Source: Candidatus Aminicenantes bacterium
GTDB lineage: Bacteria; Acidobacteriota; Aminicenantia; Aminicenantales; JAFGBC01
DNA: 64,000 nt
Assembly: GCA_963702005.1 (NCBI GenBank)
Contig: OY969696.1
Span: forward strand, 2,408,172 to 2,472,171
Reading direction: 5' to 3'
Shown: positions 29,106 through 37,511 of the stretch, one piece after another
Layout: each line of letters starts with the position of its first letter
How positions within the stretch are numbered: the stretch's first letter is position 1
Translations under genes and position numbers: made by a program
The notes under the pieces: model-generated
The model's input: only the letters and a program-made list of their open reading frames with translations
The model's database searches: none
What the model was told of the DNA's origin: nothing

Positions 29106-30098
29106 TCATGAAAAGAGGCCGAGAAGACCCCCGGTGTGCCAGAAGAGCACATCATCTCCCCGGCCGAAGACGCCCCGGCGGGCATAATCAAGGAACGCGG
29201 CCGCGGCTTTGCTCGTGTAGACCGGATCGAGAAGAATGCCCTCCAGGCCGGCGAATAATCGGGCCGCCTCATCGGATTCCAGCGTGGGGATGCCGTAACC
29301 CCCTCCCCGGAAGCGGTCCTCCACTTCGAGCTCCGCGTCCGGGACCGAAATCTTCGAGCCCAGCCGGGCGAGAACGGGCCGGAGGACGGCGAGGGCGTTC
29401 GCCCGGACGGCGTCGGCGGGATCATCGGGGCTGACGCCGATGATCCGGAGCGAGGAGCGGCCGAAGAGACGCCGGCCCGCTTCGAGACCGGCCTGGGTTC
29501 CTCCCGACGAGCTGGCGATGACGACGGCGGCGAGCCGGATACCGGATTTTTGCGCCTGCCCGAGGAGTTCGCGAAAGGCGGTCACATAGCCCAGGGAACC
29601 GACCGCGTTCGAGGCGCCCAGGGGAATTCGGTAGACGCGGGCGCCCTTCGCTTCGAGTCCGGCGGCGACCTCCTCCATCCGGTCGGCCCGCTCCTCGCGG
29701 GAGCGGACGAGATGGATGTCCGCGCCCAGGCGCTCGGCGACGAGATAATTCCCCCGGGGCGGGAGCGGGGCCTCGCCGTTGAGGACGAGAATGCAGCGCA
29801 GCCCCAGCCGCCGGGCAACCATAGCGGTGATCCGGGCATGGTTGGACTGGACCGAGCCGACCGTGATGACGGCGGCCGCCTTTCGACGGCGGGCGTCGGC
29901 CATGATGTATTCGAGCTTCCTGAGCTTGTTGCCGCCGCCCAAAAATCCCGGGTCGTCGTCCCGCTTGATAAAGAGGCGGGGCGCGAGGCCGAGGGTCCTC
30001 CGGAGCCGGCCGCATTCCTCGAACGGGGTCGGCAGGTTCGCCAAGAAAATCCTGGGAACGGATAGAAGACGCATCTCGGCGGTTTTAAGGGCGGTCAT
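29106..30098 (-). CDS. PLP-dependent D-cysteine desulfhydrase / ACC deaminase family enzyme.
   Basis: The family block ...GGNKLRKLEY...SVQSNHAR... (PLP-binding Lys) in a 330-aa ORF. Confidence 0.8.
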   Translation of the reverse strand: MTALKTAEMRLLSVPRIFLANLPTPFEECGRLRRTLGLAPRLFIKRDDDPGFLGGGNKLRKLEYIMADARRRKAAAVITVGSVQSNHARITAMVARRLGLRCILVLNGEAPLPPRGNYLVAERLGADIHLVRSREERADRMEEVAAGLEAKGARVYRIPLGASNAVGSLGYVTAFRELLGQAQKSGIRLAAVVIASSSGGTQAGLEAGRRLFGRSSLRIIGVSPDDPADAVRANALAVLRPVLARLGSKISVPDAELEVEDRFRGGGYGIPTLESDEAARLFAGLEGILLDPVYTSKAAAAFLDYARRGVFGRGDDVLFWHTGGLLGLFS

Positions 30099-30118
30099 GA
30101 CTTCACTTCATTTATACA

Positions 30119-30148
30119 TTCACGGACTCGGCCAATTCAAGGTATAAT
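30119..30148 (+). promoter_or_regulatory. Sigma-70-like promoter TTCACG-N18-TATAAT ending 6 nt before the GH97 ATG, implying a leaderless or near-leaderless transcript.
   Basis: Perfect TATAAT at 30143-30148 and the ATG at 30155; no SD is possible in the gap. Confidence 0.4.
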
Positions 30149-30154
30149 TCGGCC

Positions 30155-32152
30155 ATGAGAAAAATAAAGATTATTTCTTTCCTTCTACTGGTGTCCGTGC
30201 TCGCCCTCCAGGCGTTGAGCGTCGGAGCGAACCCCGTCCGGGTTAAAACCTACAGCGTCTCCTCGCCCGACAACCGTCTCGTGTTCCGGTTCCTTGTCGC
30301 CGAAAACGTCCAGTACGCGGTCTCCTGGAACGGGATCAAGATCATGGAATCCTCGGAGATAGCGATGGCCCTGGCCGATGGCCGGACGCTCGGCGCGAAC
30401 CCCAAAGTCGCCGACGTCAAGCGCCGTTCGGTCCGGGAAACGATCAAGCCGCCCGTCGCCGAGAAGAGGTCGGTCATCGCGGATAACTTCGAGGAATTGA
30501 CCCTCGTTTTCAAGGGCGATTACAGCCTGACCGCCCGGGTCTATAACGACGGCGCCGCCTACCGCTTTGCGACGCGGCTCCCGGGCGAAATCAAAGTTGT
30601 CTCAGAGGAGGCAGTCTTCCGCTTCGGCGGCAACTATTACGCCTATATGCCCTTCACGCCGAGCCTCCACACATCATTCGAGTCCAATTACAGCCACCTG
30701 CCCCTGGACGAGGTCGGGGCGGGACGCTTCTGCTTCGCGCCCGTCCTGGTCGAGATCCCGGGAGGTCCCAAGGTCGCCGTCACCGATGCCGACCTCGAGG
30801 ATTATCCGGGGATGTTCCTGACCGGAAACGGAGAAGGCCGTCCCGAGCTCAGGGGCTTGTTCGCCCCCTATCCGCTCGAGGAGAAGCTTCGGGAGAAGAG
30901 CGACCGGGAGCTTCTCGTCACGCGAAGCGCCGACGCCATCGCCGTCACCCGGGGGACGCGGACGTTCCCCTGGCGGGTCATCGCCGTCGCCGAGAAGGAC
31001 GGAGGGCTGATCGAGAGCGACCTCATCTACCGGCTGGCCCGGCCCACGGTCCTCGCCGACACGGCGTGGATAAAACCCGGCAAGGTCGCCTGGGACTGGT
31101 GGAACGCCAACGGCCTGTTCGGCGTCGACTTCAAGTCCGGGCTGAACACGGCGACCTACGAGCGCTATATCGACTTCGCCTCAAGCCACGGGATCGAGTA
31201 CGTCATCCTGGACGAGGGATGGTCTTTGCCGGCCGACCTGTTCCAGATCAATCCCGAAATCGACATGGAGACCCTGCTCGGCTACGCCCGGGACCGAAAC
31301 GTCGGGCTCATCCTGTGGTGCGTATGGCTGACCCTGGATCAGCAGCTCGACCGGGCCCTGGACCAATTCGGGAAATGGGGAGTCAAAGGGATCAAGGTCG
31401 ATTTCATGGACCGGGACGATCAGAAGATGGTCCAATTCTATTGGCGGACGGCCGCCGCCGCGGCCGCAAAGCATCTTATCGTGGATTTCCACGGCGCCCA
31501 CAAGCCGACCGGGCTGCGCCGGGCCTACCCCAACGTCCTGACCAAGGAAGGAGTGCTGGGGCTGGAATACAGCAAATGGAGCGACCGGGTCAGCCCCGAG
31601 CACGACCTCCTCATTCCGTTCATAAGGATGTTCGCCGGCCCCATGGATTTCACCCCTGGCGCCATGATCAACGCCCAGAAGCAGGATTTCCGCGCCGTTT
31701 TCGAGACGCCGATGAGCCAGGGCACACGCTGTCATCAGCTGGCCATGTACGTCGTCTATGAAAGCCCGCTCCAGATGCTCTGCGATTCGCCCTCCCGCTA
31801 CGAAAAGGAGAGCGAGGCCATGGAATTCCTCAGCCGGGTGCCGACGACTTGGGACGAGACAAGGGTTCTTGACGCCAAGGTCTCGGACTATGCGGTCGTC
31901 GCCCGGAGAAAGGGGGAGGACTGGTATCTAGGGGCCATGACGGACTGGACGGCCCGCAGCTTCGAGGTCAAGCTCGACTTCCTGGGCCCGGGAAGCTTCG
32001 ACGCCCTTATTTTCAGGGACGGCGCCAACGCCTCGCGTTTTGCCTCCGATTACAAGAAGGAAGCCGCTCGCGTTGCCCAAGGGGATGTCCTGAAGCTCGA
32101 TCTCGCTCCGGGCGGCGGCTGGGCGGCAGTTCTGTCACACAAAAAAGACTGA
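30155..32152 (+). CDS. Glycoside hydrolase family 97 (SusB-like alpha-glucosidase/alpha-galactosidase).
   Basis: Signal peptide plus the conserved GH97 block ...KPGKVAWDWWNANGLFGVDFKSGLNTATYERYIDFASSHGIEYVILDEGW...; 665 aa. Confidence 0.8.
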   Translation: MRKIKIISFLLLVSVLALQALSVGANPVRVKTYSVSSPDNRLVFRFLVAENVQYAVSWNGIKIMESSEIAMALADGRTLGANPKVADVKRRSVRETIKPPVAEKRSVIADNFEELTLVFKGDYSLTARVYNDGAAYRFATRLPGEIKVVSEEAVFRFGGNYYAYMPFTPSLHTSFESNYSHLPLDEVGAGRFCFAPVLVEIPGGPKVAVTDADLEDYPGMFLTGNGEGRPELRGLFAPYPLEEKLREKSDRELLVTRSADAIAVTRGTRTFPWRVIAVAEKDGGLIESDLIYRLARPTVLADTAWIKPGKVAWDWWNANGLFGVDFKSGLNTATYERYIDFASSHGIEYVILDEGWSLPADLFQINPEIDMETLLGYARDRNVGLILWCVWLTLDQQLDRALDQFGKWGVKGIKVDFMDRDDQKMVQFYWRTAAAAAAKHLIVDFHGAHKPTGLRRAYPNVLTKEGVLGLEYSKWSDRVSPEHDLLIPFIRMFAGPMDFTPGAMINAQKQDFRAVFETPMSQGTRCHQLAMYVVYESPLQMLCDSPSRYEKESEAMEFLSRVPTTWDETRVLDAKVSDYAVVARRKGEDWYLGAMTDWTARSFEVKLDFLGPGSFDALIFRDGANASRFASDYKKEAARVAQGDVLKLDLAPGGGWAAVLSHKKD

Positions 32153-32261
32153 GGACGTTGACAAGGGGGGGCGTTTCCTGTATCGTAAAGCCTCGCAATA
32201 AAGGCGTGCCCACAATAAGTTGTATGATATTCGGCTTAATACCATATATTGAATATTTTGC

Positions 32262-32291
32262 TTGACAAACAGCCTTAGATTAGCATAAAAT
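32262..32291 (+). promoter_or_regulatory. Sigma-70-like promoter TTGACA-N18-TAAAAT inside an AT-rich intergenic island upstream of the SpoIID-like gene. A second TTGACA-N17-TATCGT lies at 32158-32186.
   Basis: Consensus -35 hexamer with a near-consensus -10, and a compositional shift (AT-rich over 32200-32420) in an otherwise 65%-GC window. Confidence 0.35.
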
Positions 32292-32354
32292 AAGTCCAGC
32301 ACCAAGGCAGAAAAGGGCAAATCTTAAGCTTAGCAAGCTTTAAAACAAGCTAAA

Positions 32355-34571
32355 ATGAAAAGGCATATACGCAGAGCAAGGTACTTCTTTATCGCCTTCC
32401 TGGCGCTTTTTTTCTTCGGGGGGCGGCCGGTCGAATTTGGCAAGGAAAACTCATTTTTTCACGGCTTCCTCATCCCTAACCCGGTCATTAAGATCGGGCT
32501 GGGGGTCAACCTGAGCGATATCGAGATCGCCTCCTCCTCGGGGATGAAGGTCTATGAGGTCAACCGGGATTACCGGTTGGTATCGGACGACGCCCAGGAA
32601 GTCCGCATTAAAGGGCGCCGCGAGAAGCTTTCCGAGAAATTCGTCATCCTGATCGCCCATGCCCAAGAGAGGAAAGAAGCCGAGATCATGGCCCGGGATC
32701 TTAAAGCCAAGCTCGGCAGGAAGGTCTATGTCGAAGAAAATAAAGAGGATGAGCTGGGCGTATCATTTGAGGTCAAGGTCGGCGACTTTCTGACCAGAGG
32801 CGAAGCCCTCGCCTTCATCAAAGAGCTCAACGCGGCCGGGGTGAGCGAAGCCTGGATCCTGACCGAGGAGGTCACGGTCGCGGAGTCCAAGCCGCTCTGG
32901 ATCCTGGTCAACGATCAGCTCCAGAACCTCACCGAGGAAACCGTCCTCTACTTCATTCCCGCCAACCAGGAGAGCTTTCTGAGCTTCAACGGGAGAAGCT
33001 ACCGGGGCATCTTCATCCTCAGGTCGAGCCGGAAGGGAATGGCCCTGGTCAACCTCCTCAATGTTGAAGACTACCTGAAGGGAGTCGTCCCCAACGAACT
33101 TTCGCCCTCCGGGTTCAACGAAATCGAGGCCCTCAAAGCCCAGGCCGTGGCGGCCAGAACCTACGCCATCAAGAACCTCGGCGAGAACCAAGATCTGGGC
33201 TTTGACCTCTGGAATACGGCCAAATCCCAGGTCTACCGGGGTATCGACAGCGAGCTCCCCATGAGCAATAAGGCGGTGGACGAGACCAAAGGAGAGGTCG
33301 TCCTCTACCGTGGGGCGCTCATCAATGCCCTCTACACGAGCACCTGCGGCGGCCGGACCGAAAACAGCGAGAACGTCTTCGGAGGCAAGGCCGTTCCCTA
33401 CCTAAGGAGCACGGTTTGTGTCTATGAAAAGAAGCCCGAGTGGGCCGTCGAAACCGAGCGGGACGCCCCGGCCCGGGCCCAGGTCTTCGGCAACGATATA
33501 TCTCTCGAAATCGCCTCCTTGACGGCCTTCGGCGTTATCCCCGGAGGAAGCGATCCGGTCGCCTTCAGGGAGATGGTCCAGCCCGAGGAGGCCGCCGAAT
33601 GGATCCGGAAAGCCCTGGCTGTCCTCGGTCCCCAGGCCGAAACGGTCGCCTATCCGGCTCCGGCCGTAACGTTCGCTACTCTCGCTCCCTTGATTGTCCG
33701 GGTCTTCCACTGGCGGGATCGCGTCCACAACCTCCTTATCGATGAAGAGGTCGCCTACATCACGGAGAAGCAGCCGGGCCTGGCGGCCGCGGACAGGGAA
33801 AACCTGGCCTATCTCGTTTGGGCCGAGGTTTTTCCTCCCCTGGACGTCATGGGCAGTCCGGATAGGGCGCTATCCCGCGGCGAGCTCATCCATGCCCTCT
33901 ACAAGGTCCTGACGAGTTCCAAGGACTTGAGCCATTACGGGACCGTCGAAGAGATCGGCCGGGATGATATAACCGTCATGGAGGACCTTCAGAAAAGAAC
34001 CCTGCGCGTCCCGCCCGAGATCTTTCTGGTCAGGGATTATCTGGAGGGCCACTCTTTTCCGGTGAGCCTGTCGCTCTGGCCCGGGGACAGGGTCCGCTGG
34101 CTGGAGCGGGACGGGATCATGGCCCTCCTCGAGGTCGCCCCTTCGCCCGATACGAACGTCCTGGATCGGACATCGACCTTCCACCGCTGGCAGGTCCGCC
34201 GCTCCCGGGAGGAGCTCGAAAAGCTTGTCAATCAGTATTATCCCGTCGGCCGTCTGGTGGACATCTTCGACCAGAAGCGGGGCGAGTCGGGACGCGTCAC
34301 GGAACTCCTCGTCATCGGCGGCGAAGGCCAGACGATCGTGACCGGCCTCAAGGTCCGTTATGTGCTGGGGCTCAAGGACACTCTATTCGCCATCGATCGC
34401 GAGTACGACGGCGAGGGCAAGGTGGCCTTCTTCACCTTCTCCGGAAAGGGCTGGGGACACGGCGTCGGACTCTGCCAGGTCGGGGCGTTCGGGATGGCCC
34501 AACAGGGCGCCCGCTACCAGGAGATTCTCAAAAAGTACTACCAGGGCGTCAAGATCGACAAGGCCTACTGA
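32355..34571 (+). CDS. SpoIID/LytB domain protein (amidase-enhancer / lytic transglycosylase-like) with N- and C-terminal extensions.
   Basis: Signal/TM at the N-terminus and the central SpoIID/LytB signature ...EALKAQAVAARTYAIKN...LYTSTCGGRTEN...; 738 aa. Confidence 0.7.
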   Translation: MKRHIRRARYFFIAFLALFFFGGRPVEFGKENSFFHGFLIPNPVIKIGLGVNLSDIEIASSSGMKVYEVNRDYRLVSDDAQEVRIKGRREKLSEKFVILIAHAQERKEAEIMARDLKAKLGRKVYVEENKEDELGVSFEVKVGDFLTRGEALAFIKELNAAGVSEAWILTEEVTVAESKPLWILVNDQLQNLTEETVLYFIPANQESFLSFNGRSYRGIFILRSSRKGMALVNLLNVEDYLKGVVPNELSPSGFNEIEALKAQAVAARTYAIKNLGENQDLGFDLWNTAKSQVYRGIDSELPMSNKAVDETKGEVVLYRGALINALYTSTCGGRTENSENVFGGKAVPYLRSTVCVYEKKPEWAVETERDAPARAQVFGNDISLEIASLTAFGVIPGGSDPVAFREMVQPEEAAEWIRKALAVLGPQAETVAYPAPAVTFATLAPLIVRVFHWRDRVHNLLIDEEVAYITEKQPGLAAADRENLAYLVWAEVFPPLDVMGSPDRALSRGELIHALYKVLTSSKDLSHYGTVEEIGRDDITVMEDLQKRTLRVPPEIFLVRDYLEGHSFPVSLSLWPGDRVRWLERDGIMALLEVAPSPDTNVLDRTSTFHRWQVRRSREELEKLVNQYYPVGRLVDIFDQKRGESGRVTELLVIGGEGQTIVTGLKVRYVLGLKDTLFAIDREYDGEGKVAFFTFSGKGWGHGVGLCQVGAFGMAQQGARYQEILKKYYQGVKIDKAY

Positions 34572-34593
34572 GCCTCGCTCTTCTTTTTTCCTT

Positions 34594-34663
34594 TGACCCG
34601 TTCGCCGACGCTAAGCCCAGCCTTGCAGTACTCGTGGCTTCCATGGGTGTCGAGGGGTTGACA
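34594..34663. repeat. Copy 2 (70 bp) of the interspersed repeat family, a deletion derivative that retains the 5' end TGACCCGTTCGCCGACGCTAAGCCC and the 3' end ...CATGGCTTCCATGGGTGTCGAGGGGTTGAC.
   Basis: Both termini match the full-length 357-bp copy at 55588-55944; its 3' TTGACA forms the -35 box of the speE promoter. Confidence 0.6.
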
Positions 34664-34687
34664 CGGCCCGCAGCCGTCCCCTATAAT
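34658..34687 (+). promoter_or_regulatory. Perfect-consensus sigma-70 promoter TTGACA-N18-TATAAT; the speE ATG lies 9 nt after the -10 (near-leaderless).
   Basis: TTGACA at 34658-34663 (contributed by the repeat 3' end), TATAAT at 34682-34687, and the ATG at 34697. Confidence 0.5.
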
Positions 34688-34696
34688 TTTTTTGCC

Positions 34697-35539
34697 ATGA
34701 ACAGCCGTCACTCCGGACGCCGGCCCCTCGAGTTCCGCGAGGACCAGACGCCGACGAGCGGGATTTTTTTCAAAGCACGCCGTTCCCTCTATCGGGGCCG
34801 CTCCCGCTTCCAGCGGATCGAGGTTTTCGAGAACGACGCCTTCGGCCGCGTCCTGTTCCTGGACGGCTTGGTCCAGACGACCGAAAAGGACGAATTTTTC
34901 TACCATGAGATGCTCGTCCATCCCGCCCTCCTCCGGCATCCCCGGCCGCGCCGGGTCCTGATCATCGGGGGAGGGGACGGCGGCGCCTTGCGCGAAGTCC
35001 TGCGCCATCCCGTTGAAAAGGCGACCTTAGTCGAAATCGACGGCCGTGTCATCGAAGTCTGCAAGGAACATTTCGGCTGGCTGCGGCCCGCCCTGCGCGG
35101 CGGCCGGGCCGAAATCGTCGTCGACGACGGGAACGTATTTCTCAACAGGACCCGGGACCGTTTCGACGTCATCCTGGTCGACTCCTCGGACCCGGTCGGC
35201 CCCTCGACGGTCCTCCATCAGAAGGCGTTTTATGAAAGAGTCAAGCGCCGCCTGTCGCCGGGAGGGATCGCGGCCGCCCAGGCCGGCGCCTTGCTCTACC
35301 ATCTCGATTCCCACCGCCGCAAGAACGCCTTCCTCCGGACGCTCTTCCGCCACGCCCATTTCTATATCGGTCCCGTCCCGACCTATCCCGGCGGTATGTG
35401 GTGCTATGTTTTTTGTTCGGACAGGATCCTTCCCCTCGGCCGCCTCCGGCGGGCGCCGGCGGGACTCCGCTACTACAATCCCGAGGTCCATAGGGCCGCC
35501 TTCGCCCTGCCCAACCTGCTGGCCGAAAAGCTGCGCTGA
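34697..35539 (+). CDS. speE: Spermidine synthase (polyamine aminopropyltransferase).
   Basis: FENDAFGRVLFLDG..QTTEKDEFFYHEM..VLIIGGGDGGALREV..VDSSDPVGP.. are classic SpeE blocks. The ATG at 34697 is in-frame with the listed ORF 34634-35539, whose first 21 aa (MASMGVEGL...) are repeat-derived. Confidence 0.85.
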   Translation: MNSRHSGRRPLEFREDQTPTSGIFFKARRSLYRGRSRFQRIEVFENDAFGRVLFLDGLVQTTEKDEFFYHEMLVHPALLRHPRPRRVLIIGGGDGGALREVLRHPVEKATLVEIDGRVIEVCKEHFGWLRPALRGGRAEIVVDDGNVFLNRTRDRFDVILVDSSDPVGPSTVLHQKAFYERVKRRLSPGGIAAAQAGALLYHLDSHRRKNAFLRTLFRHAHFYIGPVPTYPGGMWCYVFCSDRILPLGRLRRAPAGLRYYNPEVHRAAFALPNLLAEKLR

Positions 35540-35566
35540 AGAGCTATTTCGGCTCCGCCCTCGCGC

Positions 35567-36544
35567 TTAGCCTTCGAGTCGCCTCTCGTCCCTTTTTGTG
35601 CGGAGGGCCCGCAGCATGTCCGCGGTCATCGCGGCCAGATCGTAGGACGGCGCCCAGCCCCATTCCTCCCGGGCGGCCGAATCGTCGATCGATTCGGGCC
35701 AGGAGTCGGCGATGGCCTGACGAAAGTCCGGCTTGTAGGCGCAGACGAAGCCGGGGAGGTGTTTGCGGATTTCGGCTGCCAGTTCCCCGGCCGAGAAGCT
35801 CACGGCCGAGACGTTGAAATTGGAATGATGTTTGAGACGGCCGAAATCGGCGTCCATCAAGTCCACGACGGACTTGAGGCAGTCCGGCATATACATCATG
35901 GGGAGGCGGGTCTCTTCCTTGAGAAAGCACGTGTACTTTCCGGACTTGACGGCGTCATAGAAAATGGCGACGGCGTAATCGGTCGTGCCCCCGCCGGGAA
36001 GGGTCTCGTGGCTGATGATGCCTGGGAAGCGGCAGCCCCTAACGTCGAGGCCGAACTTGCGCACGTAGTAATCGCACAGGTATTCGCCGGCGACCTTGGT
36101 GACGCCGTACATCGTCCGGGGGTCGAGGATCGTGTCCTGGGGCGTGTTTGGGCGGGGGGTGGCCGGGCCGAATACGGCGATCGAGCTCGGGACGAAGACG
36201 CGGACGAGGCTCTCCTCGCGGGCGACCTCGAGGACGGCGTGGGTTCCGTCCATGTTGACGCGCCAGGCCTTGTCCGGCTGCTTCTCGCCCACGGCGGACA
36301 GGATGGCGGCCAGGTGGTAGATCGTATCGATCCGGTATTTGCGGACGACGGCCTTGAGGGCCTTGATGTCCGTGATGTCCAAGCGTTCAAACGGGCCGGC
36401 TTCTCCGAAAGCGGCGAAGGGGGCGGCGATATCGGAAGCGACGACGTTGGCGGCCCCGTGCCGGGTTCGGAGCAGGGCCGTCAGCTCGGACCCGATCTGG
36501 CCGATGGCGCCGGTGATCAGGATCGTCTTCATATCTTTAGCCAT
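35567..36544 (-). CDS. NAD-dependent epimerase/dehydratase family protein, SDR-type L-threonine 3-dehydrogenase-like.
   Basis: N-terminal ILITGAIGQIGSELTALLR Rossmann motif and a catalytic YxxxK region (YGVTKVAGE), consistent with the UDP-glucose-4-epimerase-like TDH family. Confidence 0.7.
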   Translation of the reverse strand: MAKDMKTILITGAIGQIGSELTALLRTRHGAANVVASDIAAPFAAFGEAGPFERLDITDIKALKAVVRKYRIDTIYHLAAILSAVGEKQPDKAWRVNMDGTHAVLEVAREESLVRVFVPSSIAVFGPATPRPNTPQDTILDPRTMYGVTKVAGEYLCDYYVRKFGLDVRGCRFPGIISHETLPGGGTTDYAVAIFYDAVKSGKYTCFLKEETRLPMMYMPDCLKSVVDLMDADFGRLKHHSNFNVSAVSFSAGELAAEIRKHLPGFVCAYKPDFRQAIADSWPESIDDSAAREEWGWAPSYDLAAMTADMLRALRTKRDERRLEG

Positions 36545-36688
36545 GGATGAGGACCTCGCAGGACGAATTATTGAATAAGAAAGGATTACTTATATCGTGA
36601 CCACGCCGGGATGTCAATATGGACTCTGCGCCGGCGGAGGCCGGTTTCGCGTATAATAGGGGCGATCCTTCGGGAAGGAGCATAAGGA

Positions 36689-37405
36689 ATGGATGAAAGG
36701 GTTGCTCTCGTCACGGGTTCGGCCCGAGGCATGGGGCGCGCCATCGCCCTATCCCTGGCTGAGGACTGCGCCGCCGTGGCCGTTCACTTCCGGAGTGACG
36801 CGGCCGGCGCGGATGAGACCGTCAAGTCCATCATGGGGACGGGCACAAAGTGCGCGGCCTTTCGCGCCGATTTGGCGAACGAAACGGAGGTCACGGCGCT
36901 GGTCGGGTCCGTCGAGAAGGCGTTCGGCCGGATCGACATCCTGGTCAACAACGTCGGGCCCTTCCTGGTCAAAGCCTGGCACGAACTCGGCGCCCAGGAC
37001 TGGGACGGCCTCCTCCGCGTCAATTTGATTGGCGCCTTTTCCTGCATGAAGGCCGTCCTCCCCGGCATGCGCCGCAGGAAGTGGGGGAGGATCATCAACA
37101 TCGGCTACAGCCGAGCCGAGCAGCTCGGCGCTTTCCCGACCATCGCGCCCTACGCCGTTGCCAAGACGGGCCTCGTCATCCTAACCCGGACCGCCGCCAA
37201 GACCGAAGCCGTCCACGGGATCACGGTCAACTTAGTCTCGCCGGGGCTCATCAAGGGGGGGGCCCTGCCCGCGGACAAGAACCTTGATCCGGAGACGCTG
37301 GGGAGCTTCGAGGACGTCGCCCGGGCCGTCTTGAGCTTGGCTTCAGAGAGCGCTTCCAAGGTGACCGGGACCAACATCATCGTCGCCGGGACTTGGAAAA
37401 TGTGA
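36689..37405 (+). CDS. Short-chain dehydrogenase/reductase (FabG-like).
   Basis: TGSARGMG Rossmann motif, NNVG, and a YxxxK active site (YAVAKTG). Confidence 0.85.
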   Translation: MDERVALVTGSARGMGRAIALSLAEDCAAVAVHFRSDAAGADETVKSIMGTGTKCAAFRADLANETEVTALVGSVEKAFGRIDILVNNVGPFLVKAWHELGAQDWDGLLRVNLIGAFSCMKAVLPGMRRRKWGRIINIGYSRAEQLGAFPTIAPYAVAKTGLVILTRTAAKTEAVHGITVNLVSPGLIKGGALPADKNLDPETLGSFEDVARAVLSLASESASKVTGTNIIVAGTWKM

Positions 37406-37511
37406 TCCGGGCCGGCTACATCGCGGACTGAAGTTCGCCTCCCAGCCGGTTCATTCGTTCCTCTGCCTTTTCCGCACTCCGCCGCGCTTTCCTTGCCTTA
37501 AGCCGTCCTTT

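Noticed and set aside
29055..30154. Sigma-54 (-24 GG / -12 GC) promoter upstream of the large M14-domain gene or of the desulfhydrase-family gene.
   Set aside because: Candidate GG...GC pairs have the wrong spacing (7-8 instead of 10 nt), so no convincing TGGCAC-N5-TTGCA was found in either spacer.
34634..34696. Upstream ATG (MASMGVEGLTRP...) as the speE start; likewise MASMGVDGLT at 55916.
   Set aside because: The same peptide arises from translation of the shared repeat 3' end at two unrelated loci. The promoter -10 lies inside this extension, and SpeE homology begins downstream.
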